64,000 bases of DNA, taken from positions 3,472,001-3,536,000 of the forward strand of contig CATNEN010000011.1 of NCBI GenBank assembly GCA_950097015.1, given 5' to 3'. The notes beneath the pieces are model-generated. The model was not told where the DNA came from, ran no database searches, and saw nothing but the letters and a program-made list of their open reading frames with translations. A program made the position numbers and the translations under genes. Positions within the stretch are counted from its first letter, which is position 1; each line of letters opens with the position of its first letter. The stretch comes from Macrostomum hystrix (lineage: Eukaryota > Animalia > Platyhelminthes). Below, piece after piece: positions 12,501-24,300 of this stretch.

Positions 12501-13615
12501 AACGATTTTAAAAGTAACGAATTAGAGGAGTCATACATTCACAGACAAAAATTCATATAAAGTAACGATTTTATATTATCAATCGTTAAATTACACAAAG
12601 CCACACTAGCCAAAATGAACATTATTTTACAAAGCGAACTAATTTCAATTTCAAATCAAAGCCTATCTGTAAAAATTCGCACATAAAATTACTCACAGAG
12701 GCTGTCTTCTGTTCCGCAGAATCCGCAGCAGAGAAATCTTCAGTTTTCTTGTTGGCCTCGCTGCCGCTATTTTCCTGCACGGAGCTTTGACCAGTTGATG
12801 ACGAAATCTGCTGCTGAATGGGCGGAGTTGCACTTCGCTGTTCCTGCTGCTTCAGCTGCTGAGGCGGTGGCCGGGGCGCCCTCACCACTAGAACGTGAGT
12901 TCCCTTCTCAACTTGCTCATCTTCGTCGGTGTATACTGTGCGAAAATTTGCGTAGGTTTTTAATTTTAAAGAAACTGAACGATCATAGATGGACTCTTAA
13001 GCAGCCCTGAAGGATTATAGAGGAGGCCTGAAGTAACCCTGAAGGATCATAGAGGAGACCTGAAGGATCATAGAGGAGACCTGAAGGATCATAGAGGAGA
13101 CCTGAAGTAGCCCTGAAGGATCATAGAGGAGACCTGAAGGATCATAGAGGAGACCTGAAGGATCATAGAGGAGACCTGAAGTAGCCCTGAAGGATCATAG
13201 AGGAGGCCTGAAGTAGCTCTGAAGGATCATAGAGGAGACCTGAAGGATCATAGAGGAGACCTGAAGGATCATAGAGGAGACCTGAAGGATCATAGAGACC
13301 TGAAGGATCATAGAGGAGACCTGAAGGATCATAGAGGAGACCTGAAGTAGCCGTGAATGATCATGAAAGTGCCCTGAAGCGGCCCTGGAGGATCATGAAT
13401 GGAGCCTGAAGCAGCACTGAATAACATTTGGAAAGATCAACGACTCTACCTTTGCCATCTTCGGTGGACAAGCGCAGGTCATAGTCCGTGCCCCGCAGTC
13501 CGCACTTCATCCTGATGGCATTCTTCAGCTCCAGCACCAGCATCTGGTCGCCGTCGAAGGCGATGATGTCATAACTGGGATTGGACTTGAACCGGAAGTG
13601 AATAGTTGAAGACAT
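6553..13615 (-). CDS. RBBP6: RBBP6/Mpe1-like E3 ubiquitin ligase and mRNA 3'-processing factor (DWNN + RING + RS/low-complexity region), about 1088 aa
   Basis: Minus-strand exons 13450..13615, 12697..12935, 12435..12470, 12184..12284, 10535..11049, 9073..10099, 7196..7993, 6553..6937 (3267 nt, phases consistent). DWNN: MSSTIHFRFKSNPSYDIIAFDGDQMLVLELK...DYDLRL...VYTDEDEQVEKGTHVLVVRAP. RING: CPLCHRIMSDPQVIVCCGMSFCKRCI...CPSC...LVPNKNISEAI. RS/RD repeats and a Lys-rich C-terminus follow. Confidence 0.93.
7021..7187. repeat. 21-bp minisatellite (AATCTGACAACTGAAGCTACG), about 8 copies, RBBP6 intron 7
   Basis: Near-perfect tandem copies ending about 8 nt from the splice donor. Confidence 0.95.
8175..8940. 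repeat. 23-bp minisatellite with alternating variants (GATGAGGATTAGAGAAATCCCAA / GATGAGGATATGAGAAATCTTAA), RBBP6 intron 6
   Basis: Tandem 23-mers, largely alternating as a 46-bp higher-order unit. Confidence 0.93.
10171..10368. repeat. 31-bp minisatellite (CCGATCAATTGTAAACAGGTGAGGATAATGA), about 6 copies, RBBP6 intron 5
   Basis: Three near-perfect copies followed by decaying copies. Confidence 0.9.
11123..11905. repeat. 23-bp minisatellite (ATGACCAACTGGGATGGATAGTA), about 33 copies, RBBP6 intron 4
   Basis: Highly homogeneous tandem copies; source of the repetitive ORFs in the track. Confidence 0.97.
13005..13350. repeat. 21-bp minisatellite (CTGAAGGATCATAGAGGAGAC) with periodic CTGAAGTAGCC inserts, RBBP6 intron 1
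   Basis: Tandem copies visible directly. Confidence 0.93.
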
Positions 13616-13773
13616 GAAAGGCTGAAAATGTGAACAATTACACATAGGATGGCGTGCGCCTAGAGTTGATTATTCTGCTAAGAATTTGCTATTCTAGATC
13701 TTTACAAATCGAGCCTATAGTAAAATTTGATAATTATAAACTTTAAGAAGATTTGCCTACCTAGTCTTGGGTT

Positions 13774-16700
13774 TAAGATTTCAGTAGATAACAATCTGAA
13801 CATAAAGATTTCAGTGGATAAGAATTTGAACATGGAGATTTCAGTAGATAATAATCTGAACATGAAGATTTCAGTAGATAAGAATCTGAACATAAAGATT
13901 TCAGTAGATAAGAATCTGAACATAAAGATTTCAGTAGATAAGAATCTGAACATAAAGATTTCAGTAGATAAGAATCTGAACATAAAGATTTCAGTAGATA
14001 AGAATCTGAACATAAAGATTTCAGTAGATAAGAATCTGAACATAAAGATTTCAGTAGATAATAATCTGGACCTCAAGATTTCAGTAGATAATAATCTGAA
14101 CATAAAGATTTCAGTAGATAAGAATCTGAACATAAAGATTTCAGTAGATAATAATCTGAACATGAAGATTTCAGTAGATAAGAATCTGAACATGAAGATT
14201 TCAGTAGATAAGAATCTGAACATGAAGATTTCAGTAGATAAGAATCTGAACATGAAGATTTCAGTAGATAAGAATCTGAACATAAAGATTTCAGTAGATA
14301 AGAATCTGAACATAAAGATTTCAGTAGATAAGAATCTGAACATAAAGATTTCAGTAGATAAGAATCTGAACATAAAGATTTCAGTAGATAAGAATCTGAA
14401 CATAAAGATTTCAGTAGATAATAATCTGGACCTCAAGATTTCAGTAGATAATAATCTGAACATAAAGATTTCAGTAGATAATAATCTGGACCTCAAGATT
14501 TCAGTAGATAATAATCTGAACATGAAGATTTCAGTAGATAAGAATCTGAACATGAAGATTTCAGTAGATAAGAATCTGAACATGAAGATTTCAGTAGATA
14601 ACAATCTGAACATGAAGATTTCAGTAGATAAGAATTTGAACATGAAGATTTCAGTAGATAAGAATCTGGACCTCAAGATTTCAGTGGATAAGAATTTGAA
14701 CATGAAGATTTCAGTAGATAATAATCTGAACATGAAGATTTCAGTAGATAAGAATCTGAACATAAAGATGTCAGTAGATAAGAATTTGAACATGAAGATT
14801 TCAGTAGATAAGAATTTGAACATAAAGATTTCAGTAGATAAGAATCTGAACATGAAGATTTCAGTAGATAAGAATCTGAACATAAAGATTTCAGTAGATA
14901 ACAATCTGAACATGAAGATTTCAGTAGATAAGAATCTGAACATGAAGATTTCAGTAGATAACAATCTGAACATGAAGATTTCAGTAGATAAGAATTTGAA
15001 CATGAAGATTTCAGTAGATAAGAATCTGGACCTCAAGATTTCAGTAGATAAGAATTTGAACATGAAGATTTCAGCAGATAATAATCTGAACATGAAGATT
15101 TCAGTAGATAAGAATCTGAACATAAAGATTTCAGTAGATAAGAATTTGAACATGAAGATTTCAGTAGATAAGAATTTGAACATAAAGATTTCAGTAGATA
15201 AGAATCTGAACATGAAGATTTCAGTAGATAAGAATCTGAACATAAAGATTTCAGTAGATAACAATCTGAACATGAAGATTTCAGTAGATAATAATCTGAA
15301 CATGAAGATTTCAGTAGATAAGAATCTGAACATGAAGATTTCAGTAGATAAGAATCTGAACATAAAGATTTCAGTAGATAAGAATCTGAACATGAAGATT
15401 TCAGTAGATAAGAATCTGAACATAAAGATTTCAGTAGATAACAATCTGAACATGAAGATTTCAGTAGATAAGAATCTGAACATGAAGATTTCAGTAGATA
15501 AGAATCTGAACATGAAGATTTCAGTAGATAAGAATCTGAACATAAAGATTTCAGTAGATAAGAATCTGAACATGAAGATTTCAGTAGATAAGAATCTGAA
15601 CATAAAGATTTCAGTAGATAACAATCTGAACATGAAGATTTCAGTAGATAAGAATCTGAACATAAAGATTTCAGTAGATAACAATCTGAACATAAAGATT
15701 TCAGTAGATAAGAATCGGAACATAAAGATTTCAGTAGATAAGAATTTGAACATAAAGATTTCAGTAGATAACAATCTGAACATAAAGATTTCAGTAGATA
15801 AGAATCTGAACATAAAGATTTCAGTAGATAAGAATCGGAACATGAATATTTCAGTAGATAAGAATTTGAACATGAAGATTTCAGTAGATAAGAATCTGAA
15901 CATGAAGATTTCAGTAGATAAGAATCTGAACATGAAGATTTCAGTAGATAAGAATCTGAACATGAAGATTTCAGTAGATAATAATCTGAACATGAAGATT
16001 TCAGTAGATAAGAATCTGAACATGAAGATTTCAGTAGATAAGAATCTGAACATGAAGATTTCAGTAGATAAGAATCTGAACATAAAGATTTCAGTAGATA
16101 AGAATCTGAACATGAAGATTTCAGTAGATAAGAATCTGAACATAAAGATTTCAGTAGATAAGAATCTGAACATGAAGATTTCAGTAGATAAGAATCGGAA
16201 CATGAAGATTTCAGTAGATAAGAATCTGAACATGAAGATTTCAGTAGATAAGAATCTGAACATGAAGATTTCAGTAGATAAGAATCTGAACATAAAGATT
16301 TCAGTAGATGAGAATCTGAACATGAAGATTTCAGTAGATAATAATCTGAACATGAAGATTTCAGTAGATAAGAATCTGAACATGAAGATTTCAGTAGATA
16401 AGAATCTGAACATGAAGATTTCAGTAGATAAGAATCTGAACATAAAGATTTCAGTAGATAAGAATCTGAACATGAAGATTTCAGTAGATAAGAATCTGAA
16501 CATAAAGATTTCAGTAGATAAGAATCTGAACATGAAGATTTCAGTAGATAAGAATCGGAACATGAAGATTTCAGTAGATAAGAATCGGAACATGAAGATT
16601 TCAGTAGATAAGAATCTGAACATGAAGATTTCAGTAGATAAGAATCTGAACATAAAGATTTCAGTAGATGAGAATCTGAACATGAAGATTTCAGTAGATA

Positions 16701-16870
16701 AGAATCGGAACATGAAGATTTCAGTAGATAAGAATCTGAACATGAAGATTTCAGTAGATAAGAATCTGAACATGAAGATTTCAGTAGATAAGAATCTGAA
16801 CATGAAGATTTCAGTAGATAAGAATCGGAACATGAAGATTTCAGTAGATAAGAATCTGAACATGAAGATT
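13774..16870. repeat. 30-bp satellite (GAAGATTTCAGTAGATAAGAATCTGAACAT), about 103 copies
   Basis: 3.1 kb of near-perfect 30-mers in register with the 60-nt lines, immediately 5' of the RBBP6 start exon. Confidence 0.99.
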
Positions 16871-17220
16871 TAGTCAAATACATAAATACATAAATACATA
16901 GTCAAACCGAAAACTTTCTTCTCGTTATGCAACTCTCAAAATGGAGCAATCTAAGAAGACACCAGTGCTCGGGATCTGGAAAGTGAAGGGGTGATGTTTG
17001 GGAAATGGGTTTTGATAAAAAATAAAACAAGGCATAAAGCAATGACACCGTTTTTACATACTAGACTATTGGCAATTAAAGTAAACACAAGCACCATTCA
17101 AAAACACGGATTGAATTTCGCGGAAAGATAATTCTAAAATTAGTACTCGTAGAGAAAAGGAGAGAAAAAGTGTAGACTAGGGACAGTGCTTCAACCAATG
17201 GATTGACGGGTTTAGAAACT

Positions 17221-17845
17221 CAAGATTTCAGATCAGATTGATCTAGACCTGAAGATTTCAGATCTGATTGGTCTAGACCTGAAGATTTCAGATCAGATTG
17301 GTCTAGACCTGAAGATTTCAGATCAGATTGGTCTAGGCCTGAAGATTTCAGATCTGATTGGTCTAGACCTGAAGATTTTAGATCAGATTGGTCTAGACCT
17401 AAAGATTTCAGATCTGATTGGTCTAGACCTGAAGATTACAGATCTGATTGGTCTAGACCTGAAGATTTCAGATCTGATTGGTCTAGACCTGAAGATTTCA
17501 GATCAGATTGGTCTAGACCTGAAGATTTCAGATCAGATTTGTCTAGACCTGAAGATTTCAGATCTGATTGGTCTAGACCTGAAGATTTCAGATCAGATTG
17601 GTCTAGACCTGAAGATTTCAGATCAGATTGGTCTAGACCTGAAGATTTCAGATCTGATTGGTCTAGACCTGAAGATTTCAGATCAGATTGGTCTAGACCT
17701 GAAGATTTCAGATCAGATTGGTCTAGACCTGAAGATTTCAGATCAGATTGGTCTAGACCTGAAGATTTCAGATTTGATTGGTCTAGACCTGAAGATTTCA
17801 GATCTGATTGGTCTAGACCTGAAGATTTCAGATCTGATTGGTCTG
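17221..17845. repeat. 30-bp minisatellite (GAAGATTTCAGATCAGATTGGTCTAGACCT), about 21 copies
   Basis: Tandem copies sharing GAAGATTTCAG and the period with the 13.8-16.9 kb array. Confidence 0.97.
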
Positions 17846-18828
17846 AAGATTGAAGATTTTAGTAGATAATAATTGGAACCTGAAGAATTAAGTAAAAAGC
17901 AAGCGAAAGTATCACAAAATGTAGACTCGATCAACTTACTTTTAATATAGCCAAACAGATAGCCGACAGTGCTCGAAATCTTGTTGAAAGAAATAGATTT
18001 ATTAAAACGTAAACTAAAATAAATTCAACTAAAGCGACAATATTGTGTTTTTCAGTTATTTAACATGCAAATACACAAATAAATAAACAAACAGATGTCA
18101 AGAACAGTGGTGTTTTGTAAAAAATATATCCTAGAAATTGATACAAACAAACTGTAAAGAATGGTATATTTTCATTGAAAATGACACTTGGATTTAATAA
18201 CCATTTAATTTTCATAAAAAAGCTAATAGTCTCAATATTATTATTTAAGTCTGTTTAAGCCGGCTTAGTTGGATAATCTTGACGAGACGGACAAGTCCAT
18301 TGTAACACGATCCTGTTAATTTAGATGGGAGAGAAGAGAATATGGTTTATAGACAGTTGCCTTTTAGAAGCAATAAATTAATGATAAAATTATGAAATTG
18401 TTTTTTACTAACTACACAATGTATTGTAACATTTTCTTTATAATGAATCAGTTAGAAGTACAATGCGGTCGAACACAGTAGTTACTATGCACCGATAGTT
18501 GGCTTGACTAACCTAGATATGATGTAACACAACTCACTTAGCAAACACCGAACTCAGTAAACCTCCGAGTGTGATATAATATTTCATCACTGTGAGACAA
18601 ATATTGCAACTGTGTACAAACAGCTTCACGATTCAGTTAAGTTTTAGAAACAAGCGTTTCTCACAAACTGTTCACGCCTTTTCGCGTGAGCAGTAGGATA
18701 AAAGCTAGGATAATCTCGGAATAATGGACAATTCTAGGATAAACGGAGGATCTGGGATAATTGTGGAACAATATGACAATCTGTGATAATTGTGGATTTA
18801 CATACGATCATCTGGGATGACAGCAGAA

Positions 18829-19590
18829 AAATCTGAGGATCTGGAATGACAGTGGGAAAATCTGAGGATCTGGAATGACAGTGGGAAAATCTGAGGATCT
18901 GGAATGACAGTGGGAAAATCTGAGGATCTGGAATGACAGTAGGAAAATCTGAGGATCTGGAATGACAGTGGGAAAATCTGAGGATCTGGAATGACAGTGG
19001 GAAAAACTGAGGATCTGGAATGACAGTGGGAAAATCTGAGGATCTGGAATGACAGTGGGAAAATCTGAGGATCTGGAATGACAGTGGGAAAATCTGAGGA
19101 TCTGGAATGATAGTAGGAAAATCTGAGGATCTGGAATGACAGTGGGAAAATCTGAGGATCTGGAATGACAGTTGGAAAAACTGAGGATCTGGAATGACAG
19201 TGGGAAAATCTGAGGATCTGGAATGACAGTTGGAAAATCTGAGGATCTGGAATGACAGTGGGAAAATCTGAGGATCTAGAATGACAGTGGGAAAAACTGA
19301 GGATCTGGAATGACAGTAGGAAAATCTGAGGATCTGGAATGACAGTAGGAAAATCTGAGGATCTGGAATGATAGTAGGAAAATCTGAGGATCTGGAATGA
19401 CAGTGGGAAAATCTGAGGATCTGGAATGACAGTGGGAAAATCTGAGGATCTGGAATGACAGTTGGAAAATCTGAGGATCTGGAATGACAGTGGGGAAATC
19501 TGAGGATCTGGAATGACAGTGGGAAAATCTGAGGATCTGGAATGACAGTGGGAAAATCTGAGGATCTGGAATGACAGTTGGAAAATCTGA
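18829..19590. repeat. 29-bp minisatellite (AATCTGAGGATCTGGAATGACAGTGGGAA), about 26 copies, with degenerate GGAT-rich flanks (about 18690-20250)
   Basis: Tandem copies with period 29. Confidence 0.96.
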
Positions 19591-20783
19591 AAATCTGATA
19601 AAATAGTTGGCGGACAGGGGTTTATTCTACTATTATGTGGAGTCTGTAATGAAGCCAGGATTAACTAACGAATCGGGAAGATTATTGCAAAAATCTAGGA
19701 CAAGGCAAGATTCAATAATAATCTAATGACGTGGGATAATAGTAGGACACTGAGGATTTGGGCTGATATTGGGATAATCTGAGAATCTGAAATCAGGCTA
19801 GGACTACCAGAGCATCTGGATCGATGTTAGATGAGAAAAGTGGTTTATAATCTGGGTACAAAACGGCAATCTGAAAAAACTCTTCGATTTTAGGACAATG
19901 AGTATACGGGACGCAGTCGGATGATTTGGTCGATAAATTATGGATATTTAAATATGAAATATTTTAAGTATAACACCAGTAGTTCAAATGAGAGATACCT
20001 ATCAGTCTGAGGATCTAAGATGTTTGTGGGATAGATTGAGGATCTGCAATGATAAAAGGATTATCTGACGATACCGGAAGTAAACTAAATTACTTAGTAC
20101 ACGAGGATTTAGGATTTGAAATGATTTTGGGATAATTTTAGAGTCTAGGATGCTTTTTGATAATTCAATGATGATGCCACCTGGGGTATAATGATAAAAT
20201 GAGGACAATCAAATAGTGAAAACTCTGAAATTTAATTGACAAGATTTGGTCGGATTATCGAGCACAGAAAGTTGTCCAGATTTGCTTCTCGATAGCCGCC
20301 ATATCAGACAATGGTCATTTCTTTCTTTCAAATCCGACCTAAGGCTTACCATTCGTTAATAAACCGAATCAAAGAGCTGTTGCATCAAGTCGGAAAAATG
20401 TCTTCTTACCGAGCTGACCAAGCGATTGATTGCCGCGCACGCAAATTGTAAAAAAGGATTATTAATAATTGCTTCATCTTTTTTTATACAAGCACATTTA
20501 AAGTGCATTGCTTTTTTGCGCGTATAATTTTTTTCTCTCTAAAACTCTTGTTTTTTTCTTTCATATTTATATCATGAAAGTGTTAGAAGCAGTAGCACTA
20601 TAAGTAGTAATTATGTGGCACAATTAGGACTGGATGAATAGAATAGAAAAAGAGGAATTCGTTTTATACGAAAACATGCTCCAAGCAGGTAAGCGGACAA
20701 TTATGAGAAAACCAATTGAAAAATAATAACAGGAAAACACAAGGAATATTTACTATTTCTGAAAGCTTGCTCTCTGCTATCTC

Positions 20784-22208
20784 CTATTCTGATTTTTTCT
20801 CTTTGATTGTGTCAATGGTGTCGGCGTCGTCAACCAGGTCGGAAACGTCGGCAGCGAAAGCGGCGGCGGCGGCGGCTGCGACAGCTCCTCCAGATGTTGG
20901 CACAGACGACAATGATGAAGATGTAGAGTTGAAAAGGCCACAGCCGGGCGGCAGGAACTCCAAGCCGATGTTGTGCAATGGGCAGGTCATGCGCAGCTGG
21001 TTATAACGCTGTCCAGTTAAAATGACTTCCGACAATGACTGAGGCGTAGCGCAGAAGTAATGCTGCGATATAGAAAGGCCCGCTAGCGCATAGCAGCAAT
21101 GGTATGGATCTGGACTGCCTGGCGGTTTATCAAACAGTCCACCGGTTCGTTTCTGACAGCAGGCCAACACGTAGAACTGCAGCCGCTCCTGATCAAACAG
21201 CCATCCGCCGTCTGCTAGTGACGCAAGCTTCGGCGGCAGTACACTTTGCATAGCTGGGAATAGGGCGGCTAGCCAGAAACTGTAGCAGGAATCCACTAGT
21301 TTATTAGTGCGACCTTGAAAGCCGCCTTCGAAACGCATCTGACGCATCACGGCCCAGCGCAATAGTCGGCGACAATCGCAGGCGTCGGTGCGATCTAATA
21401 GACGCAGTGCGGCAAAAGCGCAATAGGCGTAGCCGCCGTGGGCCTCGGATCCGGGCACGCCGCCGAAGCCACCCTCGTAGGTCTGGCAGCTGGCAACCCA
21501 TTCGGCTGTGCCAGCGAACAGGTTATCAAAATTCTCCAGATTCAATAGGCGAGCAACTGAAACGGCGCAGTAGACGCCGCGAACGTCTGTCTCACCGTCT
21601 GTCTGCATTCGATAAGATCCGTCAGCTTGGCGCAGACTTGCTAGCCAATTGGACATAGCCGGCCTACTAACAATGTCTAATCGGCGCAGAATGCACAGAC
21701 AATTTACAGCGGCATATGTGACAGCCAGGTGGGCCACCTGGTGCGGCCCGCCTCCGAATCCGCCAGTGCTTCGGCACTGCATTGTGCCCAGTAGGTCGGC
21801 CAGAGAAGACGCCAAATCATCGTCGAGATCTTCGCCAAGAAGGTAGAGCGCGTGAACCGACCAGTAGGCCAGCCATGCCTGACTGGCGTCTAGGCCGCTG
21901 AAACTCGCAGGCAAACTGCGCAATCGCCTAGTCAAATATTCGATATGCTCCTCTCTGAGTAGGAGCAGCAATTGCTGCTGACGCTGCTGCTGATCGCCGC
22001 CAGAGGCAGCCGCCGCCGCCGCTGTTGCGTGTCGTTGTAGGCACTCGTAGCAAGCCTGTTCCTGCTCAACTTGAGCATCTAAACTCTGCGAACTGGCAAT
22101 CTCATTGGCTGTGGCCTGAGTCATCTCTTCTGAGTGCAGTGCGATTGTGCAAGATGACACAGGTTGATGAGATGACTGATAATGAAGCTGCCGAGACTGC
22201 TGCTGCAT
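20784..22208 (-). CDS. FNTB: Protein farnesyltransferase subunit beta, single coding exon, 474 aa
   Basis: Prenyltransferase repeats GGFGGGPHQVAHLAVTYAAVNCL, GETDVRGVYCA, CQTYEGGFGG...EAHGGYAYC, RQMRFEGGFQGRTNKLVDSCYSFW and DPYHCCYALAG. The LDASQAWLAYW motif keeps the FTase-specific W102/W106 equivalents. Confidence 0.97.
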   Translation of the reverse strand: MQQQSRQLHYQSSHQPVSSCTIALHSEEMTQATANEIASSQSLDAQVEQEQACYECLQRHATAAAAAASGGDQQQRQQQLLLLLREEHIEYLTRRLRSLPASFSGLDASQAWLAYWSVHALYLLGEDLDDDLASSLADLLGTMQCRSTGGFGGGPHQVAHLAVTYAAVNCLCILRRLDIVSRPAMSNWLASLRQADGSYRMQTDGETDVRGVYCAVSVARLLNLENFDNLFAGTAEWVASCQTYEGGFGGVPGSEAHGGYAYCAFAALRLLDRTDACDCRRLLRWAVMRQMRFEGGFQGRTNKLVDSCYSFWLAALFPAMQSVLPPKLASLADGGWLFDQERLQFYVLACCQKRTGGLFDKPPGSPDPYHCCYALAGLSISQHYFCATPQSLSEVILTGQRYNQLRMTCPLHNIGLEFLPPGCGLFNSTSSSLSSVPTSGGAVAAAAAAAFAADVSDLVDDADTIDTIKEKKSE

Positions 22209-23679
22209 GGTTGAGGCTGGCTGAAATGCATTTTTTAATGATTATAAAATGCAAAGTATCGATTAAATCATATTACTTTCCCAACTTTTATAATGTTGAT
22301 TTTAAACAAATATTCATAAAAAATAGATTCATAAAAAGATTGAGATGCAAAAAGTAAAAACTGCACTTCTTTACATTTTTATTAACCAGAAAAAATATTC
22401 AGTTTTTTACCTTTTTAAACTTCATGCATGCAAAATAAGCACTTTTTATGTGCACTTAAGCCTTTTAATTTTTTGGTATACACCTAGCATGATCATTAGT
22501 AGGCCTAGGCCAATTATGTTGTAAATATATTTATTGGGGACCTATACTCAGATGCTAAAAATACACAAATACATGAATTGTCTATACATTTGTTGGTCAT
22601 TGATAGACAGCTTAGGTACATGTATACTGTATAGACAAGATTGGTTGCAATCTACACCATAGTTGCCATTGGAAAAAATGATATTAGTGTAGCAACAAAG
22701 ATTTAATGCACTGTTAACTTAATAATTTAAAAGTATGCTGACAAATTACACTGATTCCATGCTGAATTATGGAGAATGACCTAGAGCAGAGCCTGCTTTA
22801 ATATTGTTTTTTACACCACTTAAAGATGAGCAGACTAAAGTCTTTTTAAAGCCATTTTGTGCCTTGTTGACTTGGCTTTACTATTAAAAGCATTAAGCTA
22901 GAGCTTTATATAAGCAGTATAGAGGATAATAATATGCAATCCAATATAGGATAATGTATAACTGACACTTGGGGAAGACTTGAATTCTCAAAACTTATAT
23001 AGAAATATGTCTTAAACTGTTTGTTGCTAGTTCTATGCATAGGCCCCAGTGCAAAATTATAAATAGGTTAGACACTGCATTGGGAAAGTACATAGGCCCC
23101 TATATAGATCACATTAGTGTTGGCCTCTAATTTGTTAGGGTCCCATTGATTAATCAGTAATTAAAGTGTGTTAATTTAAGTTAGGCAACTCCCTACAAAA
23201 GGCACCTAATTGAGACTGAGAGTGAGAAACAAAACTATGCCCTATTGCTTTGTTGTAGGCCCCTAAAATAGACAAATCCTTTAATTGCTAGACCTTACTA
23301 GGCCTAGTACTGGGTCTTTAAGGCCTACGGAGCAAACAAAACTAGTTTTTAATTTTTAAGTTCCAAGCTACTAGGTTAACAAAAGGGCATAGGGGCTAAG
23401 TTATTCACAAAAAGTTAGGCTTAGGGGCCTACCTGATTCTGAATCACTAAAGTAAATGAAGAGTGTAGACAAAATGATAATTTTAGATTATGGATATAAA
23501 TGTACATACAAACTTTACAATTTACAACAGGATGCCTAAAAGTAATATAGGCTTAATTGTAAATAATTGATTATGCTTACAGCACAGAATCTACAGATCT
23601 GAAGGCTGAATATGGCTGTTCAGTCAGAATCAGTCCATGGACATTGGGGACACGACACCAACCAAAAAGTAACCCAGCT

Positions 23680-23780
23680 AGTTAATGCTGGTAAGCATTG
23701 AAGAGCTGGGTGAAGTGAAGCAATGCAGAGATAAGTGAATTGAGAAAGGACACAATTTGGTCGGGAATTGAAGCCATGAT
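23680..23780 (-). mobile_element. Truncated, degenerate copy of the CORE-like SINE
   Basis: Reverse complement reads TTGTGTCCTTTCTCAATTCACTTATCTCTGCATTGCTTCACTTCACCCAGCT, matching the 38.0 and 39.3 kb copies. Confidence 0.7.
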
Positions 23781-23849
23781 TAAATAAATCGTTAAAAACA
23801 GTAAGGTAAGTAAATTGAAAGCTGTAAATTAATTAAATTTTAAGTAAAT

Positions 23850-24300
23850 TAGAAACAGAAAAAATTTGCGCCCTAAGAAATAAATAATCACAGGAAAAGT
23901 TTAATTTTACTTTAAATAAATATTGAGATTAGGAACAAAATATACAAAGATGGGCCTACAACAAGCATTGCGAACTATTAGGACGGATTGTTTACGCAAT
24001 AAGGATGCCAAACATAATTTTAAATATTCATTTTTTAATTAGTAGGCATACTTTTTGTAAGTGGCAAATAGGAAGTGCTTATTATTTACTAACAAAAAGT
24101 ATTTTATTGCAAGTTAAAATATTTTCGGACAATGAAAAAATTGCACATTTGTTAAAACGTTTTACTCAAATTTTCTAAAAGTGATACTGAATCAATTTGA
24201 CCGTTTTCGATGAAACGTATATTAAAAGATTTGATTCACTAACAAATTTGTTTTGCAACAGTGAATTGTATCAACGTTATACTCAACCAAACCCTAAACT
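23850..24300. promoter_or_regulatory. Candidate bidirectional promoter region for the divergent FNTB and Sestrin genes
   Basis: Inference. CpG-retaining segment between two CpG-void blocks, with candidate outward-facing donors (minus-strand GTAAGC at about 23580, plus-strand GTAAGT at 24303). No transcript data. Confidence 0.35.

Noticed and set aside
13702-16883. Three very long ORFs (1053, 1048 and 616 aa) on both strands
   Set aside because: They are translations of a stop-free 30-bp satellite. Open frames on both strands and no unique domain indicate an artefact.
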